From: Azolla caroliniana | Taxonomy: Eukaryota; Plantae; Polypodiophyta | Length of the DNA stretch: 64,000 nt | NCBI GenBank assembly: GCA_043228905.1 | Contig: JBHGNT010000017.1 | Coordinates: forward strand, 18,290,001 to 18,354,000 | Reading direction: 5' to 3' | In this document: piece after piece, positions 1 through 14,425 of the stretch | Layout: every line of letters begins with the position of its first letter | Numbering within the stretch: the stretch's first letter is position 1 | Program-made: the position numbers and the translations under genes | The notes under the pieces: model-generated | Seen by the model: only the letters and a program-made list of their open reading frames with translations | Databases searched by the model: none | What the model was told of the DNA's origin: nothing

Positions 1-374
1 ATGAATTGTAATGTCCATAGTCACATGGAACATATTTTGTGGCATGGGATTAGAATGTCGTCCCTGTTATGACGTGAGGAACTCAAGAAGGGAAATCCTT
101 GATAGGGACCAGAAAACCTTATTATGTACTCAGCACGATGATTAATGATACAAGAAATTATCTAATGAACAATAATTTTGTGCTCATTTCATGTGGTACT
201 AGTATCATACTTTCCAAAATAGGATCAAATTCCCAGTGGATTATGGTTCATCAGTTTGTTTTTGTTCATGTCCGGTGATACTAGTATGGTGCCGTTTACA
301 CACACTAAGAGCAAAATCCAGTGGATTATGATGCATGGAATTCCCATGTGATACTACCTTCATGCCTTTTGCAG

Positions 375-1151
375 ATTAATGAGCTACTTTCTGAGGATAT
401 GCTTTCGACTCCAACTGAGCAGATACAAAGAGATGACCATGCATCTACTTCTGAATGGGAGGAACAAGGTTCAGTTTGTTCTGATCTGGATCCCTCGTGT
501 GAGCATCGGCATGAAAGCCCATTGTCAAGTGGTTATGAGTATTCAACAATAGAAACAGTTACACAAGCATCGGATATAACCCCACAAGAACCAGATACTG
601 CCTCACACATGTTCGAATTTTCTCCGGATTTGCATGCAGGGATTAGGTATGCCGGATACTATGGGAAGTCCCAAACGTCGGATCAGGATTCAAATCCAGG
701 AAGTCAATATTCCAGGTATTCGGATGAGGATGATTATGTTCAGGTTAACTCCCCTATTTCTCAAGCATCAAATCAGTCCCTTGGGAGAAGGTATGCAAAA
801 GGCAATGACAGTGTTAGTTCACATGATTCATTGATCCTGGGAAATAGTGACTTGAAATCTCCTCTTTTGACTCAAACAAACCCTTCTACTAAGGCTGATG
901 ATAGTACTATCAATACTACTGAGGTTGGGTCTGTTGTTTCTGTAAATTGTGTGATTATACTTCGTGCTCCAGAACAGAAGTCCATCATCAAATCTACTCC
1001 AAGGACCATCCTTGGTTACCTTATAATGCTCTTGAGGAAAGCAAAGATCTGTATAGAGCTATCCTTTTCTCTTTTCATCATATGTATAGTAGCATTTCAT
1101 CTGATTGAATACCTGTCTGATGGCCGGGAATTGTCCCTGGTACCTACTTAA
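375..1151 (+). CDS. Terminal exon of a gene starting upstream of the window; Ser/Asp-rich low-complexity region, C-terminal TM helix and LVPT end (candidate plant KASH outer-nuclear-membrane protein)
   Basis: Acceptor ccttttgcag at 365-374, then an open frame to TAA at 1151. C-terminus ICIELSFSLFIICIVAFHLIEYL-SDGRELSLVPT*. A TM segment plus a short tail ending in xVPT matches the plant KASH signature of WIP/SINE proteins. Confidence 0.7.
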   Translation: MNELLSEDMLSTPTEQIQRDDHASTSEWEEQGSVCSDLDPSCEHRHESPLSSGYEYSTIETVTQASDITPQEPDTASHMFEFSPDLHAGIRYAGYYGKSQTSDQDSNPGSQYSRYSDEDDYVQVNSPISQASNQSLGRRYAKGNDSVSSHDSLILGNSDLKSPLLTQTNPSTKADDSTINTTEVGSVVSVNCVIILRAPEQKSIIKSTPRTILGYLIMLLRKAKICIELSFSLFIICIVAFHLIEYLSDGRELSLVPT

Positions 1152-2361
1152 GACTCTATTTGTATATTATAAAGTGGATTTATGCTGCATTGGCTATGTA
1201 TCTTCGAGATTATGGTAGCCGCCTAGAGTGGCTGCTGTAAAGACAATTATGAATCGCCTTTCTTAGCACTAGTTGTGATGAATATTTATTCTGTTATGTG
1301 GTCAAAAACATTAAACCAGTGCACATGATTGTATTTCACTGACCGTATGTTTCTAACATATGAGGTGTATCTACATAGACTGCTAGCTAGTGTGAAGAGC
1401 TCCTAAGTATGTTTTTATAATCCTGGCCAATATATGTTGGGAGGATACGTCTTCTTATATTTATGATTGGGTTATTCTTTTAAATCCCAATTGCTTAAAA
1501 ATCTCATATAAATGTTTATGGACTTCCATACACCTTTGTATGAATATCATACAATGGCTCTGGCTATTTACTGGAATTTTATCAAATGACTCCATTTACT
1601 AGTGTTATAATTTTCAATATGAAAACATGCCTAGAAATTTACATTACTAATATGTTTTTACTTTGTTACTTACATCTGGTCTTACTGTTTCTTTGCCTTA
1701 TCCTTGGGTAACAATAAATCTGCCACCTTTAATCCTCACTATTATTAAAAATACCATAACAAATGAAATAAAGACGTAGCATGTATGGCATAATGTGCAG
1801 TGACTGTTTGAAAACTACTCTTCCATATGTGTATACTATTGGCGAGGAGGTGGTTTATTCAGTAAGCCATTAATCACAATACAATGGCATAACATGAAGG
1901 CACTGTGTTTGTAAGCTACACCATCTAATATGTATACTAGTGATGGGGGGAGGCAATGTATATATTCAATAAGCATTAATCACAATACAACTGAACAAAA
2001 TAGTTCAACTTAGGGTAGATAACCTAACAAACCCCAAGTCTCACACATACACAAGCAGACTCATCCAACGATTCTGTTCATTGATAAGTCCATAATTATC
2101 ACAACACTATTGGAATAATCAATAGAAATAAAAGCATTAGGCAAAAAACAAATGCTTAAAATTTTTATGTGCATCATCAGCTTTTGGCAAGAAACAAAAC
2201 TCTTTATCATATTACATTGAACTACAGTTCAATATAAGAAAACGGAATCGGGGAAACCATGTATGTTTCTAATAAGGTTCAAGGTATGTGCCTAAGAAAG
2301 AATTGTGCCACTTTGGCCTTCAATCCATAATTTACACAAGCTCGAGAGAAATTCCATCTAG

Positions 2362-5300
2362 CTAGGTAGCTGCAGCTGTTTGTGCCTTTGCTGAAATTTG
2401 GTTCTGAATATGTTGAGGCACAGTATCAAACTTGGCAAGTTGCATTGTGTAAGAAGCTCTGCCTTTGGTCATTCCTCGCAACGTGCTTACATATTGAAAC
2501 ATCTCCGATAGAGGAACCAGGGAATCAACGACCTGGAAACAACCAGTGGTGATACGATTTAAAATGAGATCTTATGTTTATCAACATATCAATTGATTAA
2601 GAATTAAGAAAAGAAATTGTTACAAGAGTAAGATTAGATTCACATGAAGTTTCAGATTGAAGTGTGGACCTTCAATATTTTCTAACTGCACTAAAACTTT
2701 CTTTACGATATTAATGACTATGTTTTTATGCATTGTTTCTGCAACCTTATGAAAATGTTGGGTTTCAATGGAGGCCTATAATGGCTTTCAATTTTAAGCA
2801 TGGGTTCAGGCAAGTCATATGTACAACCCCTACCACCTCCCTTCGTTGGCCCCATTAAGAGTTCATTATCCACCACCCTTGGTTGCCCCCAGTGCTCAGA
2901 AAAAAGATCATAGCATTCCTTCAATATCACTGACAACCCATATGCTACATTTGGAAGGCTTGATGCTCCATTTTTCATCAAGTTAAGGTCACACCCGTTA
3001 AAATGGTGCGTCACATTTGGCTGGACATGATCCATACTTTAAAAGGACAGTGGGATAGTTTTATTGGCGATTCAGATGCTAAAATTGCTTAATGTATATT
3101 TCTTTATTCTAATGAATGGCTATATTTTAGAGAAAAAAAAGAAAAAAAAATCACCCACAACCCAAAATTTTCACACATTAATAACGCACCTTCAAACCAC
3201 CGGGTTTATCACCAAAGCTATTGATTTGTCCACGTCGTGAGTTGAGATCACCTATGACATCACCCAGATGATCTTCAGGTGTCACAACCTCAACCTTCAT
3301 GAGAGGCTCCAAAAGCTTAGGAGCAGCTTTACTTATTCCCTCTCTGAATGCACCTCTGGCAGCAAGCTGGAAAGCAAGAACACTTGAATCTACCTCATGG
3401 TAAGATCCATCTAGTAAGGTGGCTCTAACATCCACCACGGGAAATCCAGCCAATACACCATTATTCATGCACTCTTCTAGTCCTTTCACCACCCCGGGCA
3501 CATACTCTTTGGGAACTGTTCCACCCTTGATTTCACTCTTGAATTCATAGCCAGAACCTGGTTCGAGAGGCTCAAATTTGATTACCACCTCTGCAAACTG
3601 CCCTTGTCCACCTGATTGTTTCTTGTGAACATACTTGACCTCCACATCTCTAGAGATGCTCTCTCTATAGTTGACTTGAGGTGCACCAACATTAGCTTCA
3701 ACCTTGATAACAAAAAAAATGAAGGTTACTATGTGTCCAAACACCTGGGCATGCTATGGAAATGCATTGATAGTATCAAATTACCCAGAGTATGCAAGAG
3801 TAAACAACTAATATGCATAGGAAAATGCTAAGTGTGAATGTATAGAGAACCAAATACCTTAAATTCCCTCTTCAACCTGTCAACAATAATCTCCAAATGG
3901 AGCTCTCCCATTCCCTCAATGACAGTTTGATTGCTCTCCTCATCTCTTGAGAAGTGGAAGGAAGGATCTTCCTGAGCTAATTTAATGAGACCATTTGCCA
4001 TCTTGTCGATATCAGCCTTGGTTTTTGGCTCAATGGCAACCTTGATAACAGGATCTGGAAAATCCATTCTTTCAAGCACAACCGGTTTATCTTGGTCACA
4101 GAGAGTTTCCCCAGTTATTGTGTCTTTTAGCCCAGCCAATGCTACAATATCCCCAGTTCTAGCAAACTTCACATCTTCTCGACTGTTGGCATGCATCTCT
4201 AGCAGGCGCCCTATCCTCTCCTTCTTGTTTTTGTTAGAATTCAATACATAAGTACCAGCTGAGAGCTTTCCAGAGTAGACACGAACAAATGTGAGGGAAC
4301 CGACAAAGGGATCAGTCATAATCTTAAAGGCCAATCCAGAGAATGGCTCATCATCACTAGGCTTTCTTTCTATAATGATTTCAGGGTCTTCTTGAGCGGA
4401 GCCTTTCATGGTGGGCACATCTAAAGGTGAAGGAAGATAAGCTACCACAGCATCTAGGAGCGGTTGCACACCTTTGTTCTTAAAAGCAGAACCACATAGA
4501 ACTGGAACAAATGAAAGTGAAATTGTTCCTTTTCTAATGAGTTTTTTGATAGTCTCCTCATCAGGTTCAACCCCCTCTAAATACTGTTCCATTGCAGCAT
4601 CATCTTGCTCAACAATAAGCTCCACCATTTGAGCTCGATATTCTTCTGCCAAGCCTTGAAGATCTTCAGGAATGTCTACATACTCAAATTTTGCACCGAG
4701 TTCTTCACCGGTCCATACAATAGCTTTCATGATGACCAAATCCACTATTCCCTGGAATGTTTCCTCTGACCCAATGGGGATTTGCAAAACCAGTGGTTTA
4801 GCACCTAAGTTACTAATGATCATATCTCGTGTTCGGAAGAAGTTGGCACCTAATCTGTCCATCTTGTTCACAAAGCAAATTCTAGGAACACCATACTTGT
4901 CAGCCTGTCTCCATACAGTTTCAGATTGAGGTTCCACTCCAGCAACACTGTCAAAAAGGCAAATTGCACCATCTAAGACCCTCAATGCTCTTTCTACTTC
5001 CAAAGTGAAGTCCACATGACCAGGTGTATCAATGATATTGATTCGGTGTTCCTTCCACTTTGCAGTCGTGGCTGCAGAGGTGATAGTGATTCCTCTCTCT
5101 TGTTCTTGCTCCATCCAGTCCATGGTGGCTGTGCCCTCGTGCACTTCCCCGATCTTATAGTTCTTCCCCGTGTAAAATAGAATTCTTTCAGTAGTGGTTG
5201 TTTTTCCGGCATCAATATGAGCCATAATACCAATATTCCGATAATCCTTCAAAGGAACCTCCCTCTTTTCATCTGCAACAATATACAAAATTAATAGCAA

Positions 5301-6297
5301 TATAGCCAATCATCCATCTTATGCTGTTCTTGTTGATATAATTCATTAATACTACAACAGAATTGGTGGAAATTATAAAAAGTTAGTTCACGGGTACCAT
5401 GACAAAATAATTCCTAAACCTTATGCCCATCGATACCACAACAAATGAAGAAAAGTGTCCCATCAACTTGAAACCCTATTCTCATAGCAATAACAGTTAT
5501 CCAAAGCGATCTAAGCCTTATGAAACAATGTACACTTACAAAAAGCTATTCTTCATCTTCACAAGAAATAATCCATAAATTAATATTAGAACAACAAAGA
5601 ATTCTAACTCCATATTCTTCTCATGGATATTTACAGCAGAAGGACAATTACATAATCCTAACCATCAAAGGGACAACAAAAAAATACCTAATAGCCTAAT
5701 AGCCTAAACTTGAATTCGAACAAAAGAGCAGTTGCAATGAAATTTAGCTCTAAACCGTAAACCTTATGCTCATTGATACCACATGGATACCTCGAACTGA
5801 ATATTATACAAATGTAATTGATCAAAAGAACAGCTCATATTCAAAGGCGGTTCTAATGACATGGCAACACAAAATAACAGTTCTAAACAGAGACATTTAT
5901 TAAGACTGGAACATATATGTATGTTATTGCAAGTATAACACTGTCACTCATGCTGCTTGTGGTGGTATCGGGGGCCCTAGGGATGTATTTTGCAACATTC
6001 CAATCACATACATGTAAAGAGAGTAGAGAGACAGAGAGAGGCGTGTGTTTTGCACATACCATCAGCTACCATGGCCACCACAGAGATCCTTCTTCCAACT
6101 CCAGGGCTTGTTTGAGAAGGCCATTTGAAGAGTTGGGCAGATTGAGAAGAAGACGTGAAGGGGAAAGGGCTCTTCTTCAATCCAGCAAAATGGAAGTAGC
6201 AAGGTCTGAGAACCTCTTGGGTTCCTTTAGAAACAGGGGAGGTTTGTGAGTGAAGAACAGGGGTTTTGGATCCAATCTGAGCCACTGCTGACACCAT
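2362..6297 (-). CDS. fusA: Plastid translation elongation factor G (cpEF-G, SCO1-like), 4 exons: 6297-6060, 5272-3858, 3702-3190, 2532-2362; 778 aa
   Basis: GTPase motifs [24 protein letters not shown] and GSAFKNKG; EF-G motifs [18 protein letters not shown] and [11 protein letters not shown]. All three introns are GT-AG and in phase (2337 nt total). Exon 1 encodes a Ser-rich transit-peptide-like N-terminus. Confidence 0.96.
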
Positions 6298-6635
6298 CTT
6301 CTTAATGCAGCAAAGCAGCAAGAAGAAGAAGAAGAAGAAGGATCAAACTTACCTAAGATGATTTGTATATGTAGAAGAACCTTACCTTATCTATGCATGA
6401 ATGAAACCTTATCTGTGTGTATGTATGTGTGTGTGTGTGTGTGTTATGTACAGAACTCTGTTTTTTTTATATGCCTCTTTTATCAGGATATAGTTATACT
6501 CAAAATTATGAGGCTAGGAATACATATAGACATATATGTACTACTGCATACACCCATACACCCCACCACAAACCACAAAGCCTTGAATTGGACACGTCTC
6601 TCTTATGTTGGAAGGCACAAACACATGCCCAAGAC

Positions 6636-6659
6636 CACACACACACACACACACACACA

Positions 6660-6739
<80 letters not shown>
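6636..6739. repeat. Compound (AC)n(AG)n microsatellite upstream of EF-G
   Basis: Directly visible AC run followed by a ~75-nt AG run. Confidence 0.97.
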
Positions 6740-6741
<2 letters not shown>

Positions 6742-9334
6742 GTTGACTTTGGCATTGTTAATCGGTAAGATCTTGGCCACCCTTCCTTGGTAGCTAGTTT
6801 GTTACTTGAGGGGCCAAAGCTTTACGCATTGTATGAGGTATTGATTGACTACCTTATGTGTTGGGACCTCTTGTAACATTTGGTGTATGAGAGATGGGGA
6901 TCTTGTTTGATAGTCACTGTGGAGGAGGACGAAGACATGTATGGAGGCTAAAAGGACAACTGATTTGGTAGTTCCCACGATTGAGCTTTGCAAGCACCTT
7001 GTCTTTGAGGGAGTTTCCATTAGATTATCCACTCTTGCAACACCTTAGAAAGGTTTACCTTGCCATAAGATCCTCATTATTGTAGTTGGGAGATGAAGGT
7101 TTTTTTTTTATGTCATGTTGTTTGAACATATACACTACTTTTTTTTAAAGGGGAGGAGAACTTAGGCGACACTGGAAAAAATTGTAGTTTAGTCTTGCCA
7201 CTTTGCAAGGCGATCTAAAAGTTTGTAAGTGATTGATGAACCCAAGTGTGAAGGTTAACGAAAACATGGTTTAACATTAGGATAACATTAGGATATATCT
7301 GAAATAAGAGCAATAAATAGATAAATAGCTTCAATTGTCAAGGAGATCAAATTGATAACAATTCATCATAATGTCGTGGAGTTGGAATAGACTTTTATGC
7401 TCAAGAAATTTGGTAATGAACATTACATTCAATGGTGCACCACATGAATAAGAAAGATGTGTAGATATGGATAGTTCATGGTTGAAAATGTCACGAAGCA
7501 AACTGAACGTTATCGTAGTAGTGTGTGATATTTAGATTTGCATACTTGTTCAAGGAAAAACATGTGCAGTTAATGCATACTTGTTCAAGAAAAAACATCA
7601 AAGAGAATGTGAGCTAACTTGTATTTCACAACGAGAGTGAAGCAATGGTAGACAAGTGAATGGGCTTTAGCATGCATGGGTGAACGAGGTTTTCGTGTTT
7701 GAAGAAGCAGATATAATTCATGAATCATTACCACATATCCTCAAGTTGGGTTCATCTTGTTTAAGTATATTTTCAATATGGAACTCAAGTATCCTACATG
7801 TGGCAATCTTAGTCCTCTCTTTGCCATATTTTTTATGGCTATCTAATTCATATGTTTGGATAGGTGTATGTTCATAAAATCTTGTGCATTATGAACTTCC
7901 ATCATCAATTTCATTCCATATGCAATTCACTTATTGTATCTATTGATAGTCAATCTCCTATTGTATGACTTGTCTAGGAGAAACAAGATGGAAGATTGGA
8001 AATGGAAATAAATGTGATGGCTTGTGAGAGGTTTCCCCTTTAAGTTTCATCGAAGGGGAACAATAATAGAAATGAAGTGCTAAACAGTGAATAAAGCAAA
8101 AACTTTAGCAACTTACAACCTTAAAGATTGTACGCACTATATAAACTTAATTAACATGATATAGCATGTTATAACATCCATCATGATTAAAGAAACATGG
8201 AGGATTTTTCATTAACTTTAGAGCATCAGCCTTGCAACATCTTCTCTAAGTGATATGCTTCATCTCCTTATGCCTTACACTTAATTTGTCCTAGCTTGCG
8301 CTTGTCTTGGCTAATGATGTTTTCAAAGCCTTCCCCTATTGCCTTCAATCTGTAAGCATTTTAATCACATGATTTTTATCTCGTTTTTCATAGTTCACGA
8401 TCATGTACTACTTAACATTGTGTTCTCCTTTTAATGCTAATCATTCAGGCTCTCATGCTTAACTTGCTTTTTAAATTGTGTTCTTGAATTTGGGAATGTC
8501 ATTGAACCTTTGGGATTTCTACAAAAGGGGAATCAACAAGGCTTCAAGAGAAAAAACGTCTAAACAAAGCCCATGCATCCCTAGAGTTAGAAAAGAGAGG
8601 GTGGGTACAGTTTGAATGTTTGGTTCAACCTTTTGGGTAGCTAGATTCATATAAAAGAAAGATTTGGGTCAATAGTAAGGCCTAGCTAGGCTCATCGCAC
8701 CTTATTGTGGATAACAATAGTTATTAAATGAATAAAAGATTTGAATGGGGCTAACAAGAGTAACCAAAGGTTTGCATCAGTTAGCAAGGCCTAGTTGGGC
8801 TCATTGCACACTATTGTGGATAGCAAATAAAAAAACAATTTGAGCATAACTAGAGCTTGAGCTATTTTCAATCATTCAAGAAAAACATTGAGGTTCATGT
8901 TCTCGCATACCAATAATTTATGAAACAAATAAAATATTTAGCATAAATGGTGCTTCAATTATATGTTAAAGCAATTGAGGGAACGCTGAGCTTCATGCTC
9001 GGTCATGTGCAAATTTATAAGCACTCTCAGAGGCTAAACCTTGCCAACCTCAACCTGAATATTATATAAAATGTTTGAAAATAATATGAAGCATGCCCAC
9101 ATTTCACCTTCAAGGACCTAACATTGGTATACCAGAAAAATTTGAAAGCAATAATAAGACAAGGAACTGAATGGGTTGCCATCATATTTCCTCTTGGCCA
9201 TACTTAGGAGAAACTATGGATCAAAATGTTATTGATTGGAGATTTAACAAGAATCTAACCCCCCCTTTGATAATACACTATTTTAGGTAGGACACACTAC
9301 CAGGTGATTCACTTGATACCAAGGTTGTATTTAT

Positions 9335-12300
9335 TCACTTTGCACATGCTAGTTCAGCTCTGATTTTCTTAGCTGCTTCTACCATGTGAATCAACCCCGG
9401 CTTCACTTCCGAGTACTTGCGTGTCTTCAAGCCACAATCAGGATTGACCCAAAGCACCTTGGATTCCAAGACATCCAGCATCTGCCACGAAAACAAAACA
9501 TTAGCATTCCTCTACAAAAATGTTGAAATCAAGTCTACAGGGAAAGATTCTCATATCATCCTCCGGAAAACCACTAGTATACCACATCTGAACCTTGAAA
9601 ACTAGACTCTTCACATTCTCCAGAAAACATTAGGCATAATATTTGACATTCCAACAGAAGGCCAAGAGATCCCCGAGATGTCAACTAGCTAGCACTTTAC
9701 AAGCCACACAAATGCACCTCTTTGACTTGAAGACTAATCTTAAGATACAAAAAGCTGAATAGTTCCGTGATTAGCACAATACAACTATAACTTGTGGAAG
9801 TAAAGAACCATAAGCTGCAAATTTCAATCCCCCATACCTTGCGAAGACGATCAGCTATCTCTTCAGTATCAGGAATACGAGGAGAATGGATATCATAAAC
9901 GCCGGGACCAATGCCAGCAGCATACTTCACACCTTCACGGAACACTCTCAGTAATTTTTCATCAGATCGTGAATTCTCTATGGTAATAACATCAGCATCC
10001 ATATCAATGATGGAATGGATGATATCATTGAAATGGGAATAGCACATATGGGTGTGGATCTACAGTAAACACTAAAGGTCATCAACTTCAAGAGAAAAAA
10101 GAGCAACAATTCAGGAATCTTAAAGATAATACTAGCACTGATTCCAACCTGTGTTGTGTCTTTCACACCACAGTTTGTTATTCTGAATGAATGGACAGCC
10201 CAATTCAAGTAATCAGCTTGCGCAGCCTTCCTGAGGGGTAATCCCTCTCTGAGTGCTGCCTCATCGATCTGAATAACCTGCAGACACACAAGTCGAACTG
10301 TTCACTATATCTATGGATATACTAAAGTTCACTGCCATTGTTGAACATTGCATGTTTGTCAAGAAGGTAAGAGTGGTAAAAGGCACACAAGCAAAAGCAT
10401 TACATTGATTCCTCCAGCCTCCAAATCTTCTACTTCTTCTTTAATGGCCAAAGCAATTTGGTAGCAAGTCTTTGACCTAAACATAAACAAAAAATTAGGT
10501 TTCAACAGAAAGAACAAGAAGAAGCAATCTCAGCCAAAGAATTCAACCTTGGTTGATCATTTCTGACAAAGGACCAATTCAAAATGGTAACTGGACCAGT
10601 AAGCATTCCTTTCATTGGCCGAGCAGTCAGACTCTGGGCATATTTAGACCAATACACCGTCATAGCACTTGGTCGGCTTACATCACCAAAGATAACAGGG
10701 GGCTTCACACAACGAGAACCATATGATTGCACCCAGCCATTCTCAGTAAAGACAAAACCCTTGAGTTGCTCCCCAAAATACTCTACCATATCATTACGCT
10801 GCAAAACAATGCGCATTAAATTGAGATTGGATAACATTTCACCACTAACTAGCAAATTTAAGACAGTATGTGGATGACTGACCTCAGGTTCTCCATGTAC
10901 AAGAACATCTATATCCAACTCTTCCTGCAGTTTGGTAACATTGGAAATTTCATTCTTTATAGCCTCAATGTAGGCCTCCTCTGAAATCCTGGATCAACAA
11001 AACAAAACCTTCGCACATGAACATCCATAACTTAATTTCATTATTTTGAATACTTCAATATCAGCACACAAATGATATATACGTGCATACTTCTTGGCCT
11101 TAAACTCCCTTCTAACTCTGCGCAGCTCTGGTGTCTGAGGGAAGGAACCAATGGTAGTGGTTGGAAGGATTGGAAGATTCAAGTGTTTTTGTTGTTCCTC
11201 AAGCCGAACAGACACAGAACTAGCACGCCTGTGCTCAGAGAGTGTGATTACATTTGCCTAGCAAAAATAATAATACAATAATGTGAGTATGAGATTTTGG
11301 TTCATTAAATATGAGCAACTGTTCCAAGGTAATGAAACTTTACAAGTTCTTGCACTGCTTGGTTATGTACACGAGGAGAAGTTCGCCTGGATGCATGTGC
11401 AGCAACATTCGCCTCAAAATATTCCTGTTCAAATACATGAAATTAGCATGTCCTGAAGATTGATGTGACCTCTGCAGTGGAGGTCACTAGGACACAAAAC
11501 AATCATCTACAAGAAAAGACAAGGTTTACCTTATCTTTGTTCCCATTGAAGGCATTGGCAATAGCTACAACTTCTACTACCTTCTGGGTTGCAAATGCAA
11601 GCCAAGACTTCAATTCTTCATCAAACTTGGTCTCGTTCTTAAGATCCACAGCTGTGTGGAGAAGAGAGCATGATGTTGAGACCACCACCCGTTCTGTGCA
11701 AAATTAATGGGGATAAGAACTTAGAATAACTAACTTGAAATTCCAACACACAAACCAGATATTAAGCATCAAAAGAATGCAAAAAAAAAACACCTTTTCC
11801 GAGTTTCGCTGCTAGTCCCTCCAACAATGCCACTGACTTCACAAGATCATTCGCCCAAATGTTCCGTCCATCAACAACCCCAGCAAACAATTGCTTTCCA
11901 TCTGGAAGCCCAATTTCATCGATCAAACTCAGCGTCTTCTCACCCCTAACAAGGTCAACTCCAATTGCATCTACACACTTGAGACCAATCAATGCCCTAC
12001 AACATCGGCACATAGAGTGTCAGCAAAAGAAATGCAAGGATGCAAGCTCACAAGCTGCACATGAACAATGATGAACATATTTTTTTGGATCCTAAATTAG
12101 TGTCATGAACTAGAGAGCAGAACGGCAATAAATGTGATTTACTTATAAGATTCAACGGTAATATCAGCAAAATAGGTCTCCAAAAGGATTTTGACACCGC
12201 CAACAAGTCCTCCCAGGGTATTGTAAGTCTTCTTGAAAACTTCCAAGTGGTATGGCTCGAGATCAAGCACAAGAGCGGGTTCATCAATCTGGATCCATGT

Positions 12301-13275
12301 TGCTCCCTCAGCTTCCAGTTTTGATATCACTTCCCTGATCCCCAAACAAGGAGTGAGATTAGACAATGTCTCAACTTTGGCACTGAAAATATTTCAAATA
12401 CATGGAAATCTTGTGAGAGTGATATAATTGACATCGGATACTCACTGGTAAACGGGAAGAATCGACTCAATAAGAGAGAGACAATCAAATGTTGTAGCTA
12501 CTCCCTTGCCTGGTTTTGCCAACCGCAAATAGGTAAATGGGCCAACAAGTACTGGAACAGTATTCACTCCAAGCTGCAAATGTACCAGGTATATCAATTT
12601 GCCTACATATAGTATATATATTGCATGAAAATACAGGGCACATAACTATTGAAGAAACGTGGAACTCCTACCTCCTTTGCCTCTTTATACTCATTAACAG
12701 CTTTGTGGGATGATAAAACGAACTTGGTGTCTGGACCAAGTTCGGGCACAATGTAATGGCTGCATCCAATTCAAAAAACAAACATCAGGTTAATGATATC
12801 TACAATTGTCTACAGACAAGAATGAAACTTTTAGCTCCTAATTTCTCAAACAATAATGAATCTGACGCTTTTACTTACTAAAAAATCAACTGATTCCACA
12901 GATCAAGATAATATCTGTTACTTACTAATTGGTGTCGAACCACTTGGTCATTTCCATTGCAGGTTGCTTCGCATTACCACGCGCCATTGCAAAGAAAGTG
13001 TCGAAGTCAATCTCGCCACCAGCCCATTCATAGCGAGGAGGAACAGCACCAACTAGAGCAGTGGTGTCAAGCATATGATCATAATACGAGAATGTATTGC
13101 TTGGGATGAAAGATATGCCAGCACTTGACATTTGATTCCATATAGAACACCTCAAGTCCTTCGCGACTTTCTCTAGATCAGCTGCTGATGACTTCTTGTC
13201 CCAAAAGGATTCCAATGCAAATTTGAGTTCTCTCTTTGGCCCCATGCGAGGGTAACCAACCACGTGGGAAGTCAT
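9335..13275 (-). CDS. metE: Cobalamin-independent methionine synthase, 14 coding exons: 13275-12926, 12759-12672, 12573-12446, 12334-12143, 11996-11794, 11693-11530, 11424-11344, 11257-11091, 10988-10883, 10798-10548, 10476-10404, 10277-10149, 10059-9838, 9481-9335; 766 aa, no transit peptide
   Basis: Motifs [61 protein letters not shown], and Zn-ligand motifs IHTHMCY and [11 protein letters not shown]. All 13 introns are GT-AG and the phases join to 2301 nt. Confidence 0.96.
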
Positions 13276-14286
13276 ATTTGCAAAAAACCTGAACCATATA
13301 GTGATAACAATGAGTTCAATAACAGCTGCACTCAATGATAGTGCTTGCCAAATGAGGTGACATTCTAATGTAAAATCAAGCTCTTGTTATCAAATGAGTG
13401 CAGTAATCATTGGCAATGTAGAGCTAATTCAGTGTGTACGATGTGATCTATTTAAAAAACACACTGTCATAACTCTAGAGGTAGATAGTTTAGCCAGAAT
13501 CAAATGTTTCTAAAATTTGAATGAGAATGCATGGAACTTGACACTTTGGAGACTTAAGTATCACTGACGTTCAAGGAAGCCATCCAAAACAAGCAATAAT
13601 ATATATGACATTGTTAAATGTGGTTGAGCCAATGAATCACAAAAGCAGAACAAATGAGTGAGATCCGTTTTCAAACGAAATCTATCTTCAAGCATCGTTT
13701 AAATTGAGCAAATGATAGGTCATCAGACGCCATGCAGTTCAAGGTCTGGGTACATTTTGGAGCTAGAGATCAGAAAAACTGTTCACGAACAATATATTTC
13801 TTAACGGAAAGAAATAGAAGAGATGAGAAATACAGCAACAAAATGTAAGAGCTCTGTGAATTGAAAGAAGTGTAGTGAGAGAAAAAACAGATCAGACGAG
13901 AACAAATTTCCAAATACACACCGGGGGAGAAGAATGCTAAGACATGCATCAATGCCGAACAGAAAAAAAGAAGATGAGATTGAAGCATTTATAAGCAATG
14001 CATCAATTCGAACAAATAAAATGGAAATGCGACAAAGCAATGCTGGATTGCTCGCGGCGATCGAGCTTCAATCCTTGTCAACGTTGCATCAGAAGAGAGA
14101 ACGAAATCGAGGCAGGCATGAAGAGAGATAGGAGCGCGCGATGAGATCAAACGTAGACATTGATCATGCATGCAATGTATTCTCCGAGCAGGAAAGAAAC
14201 AGATGATGGCAGCGATGAGCATTTGCGACAGACAAAGGGACAGGAAACAAATCATGGAGATGGAGAGATGGAGAGGAGGAACCTAC

Positions 14287-14425
14287 CTGTCGGTGAAGAA
14301 ATTAGGTCTTTTCTGTCGGTCTGTCTGGAAGGAGCAGGAGGCGAGGCGAGCAGGAACTGAAGCAGTGGAGAGAGAGAGAGAGAGAGAGGGGTGATGAAGA
14401 AGGAGGAGAAGGGGACATATTTATA
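14287..14425 (-). promoter_or_regulatory. Putative metE core promoter and non-coding first exon, followed by a ~1-kb 5'UTR intron (14286-13289)
   Basis: TATAAATA on - at 14425-14418; CT-rich tract ~30 nt downstream; donor CAG|GTAGGT at 14287/14286; acceptor TTCAG at 13289, 13 nt before the ATG. Confidence 0.6.

Noticed and set aside
2718-3035. 105-aa ORF in EF-G intron 3
   Set aside because: No recognisable motif; EF-G splices cleanly and in frame without it.
6358-6793. ORFs with HT/RE/SL dipeptide runs
   Set aside because: Translation artefacts of the (AC)n(AG)n microsatellite.
2362-13275. Bacterial contamination or recent HGT of fusA and metE
   Set aside because: Both have spliceosomal introns and plant-type sequence, and EF-G has a transit-peptide-like exon.
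13289-14390. SAM or cobalamin riboswitch in the metE 5'UTR/intron
   Set aside because: No recognisable conserved elements by eye; an Rfam scan would be needed to say more.
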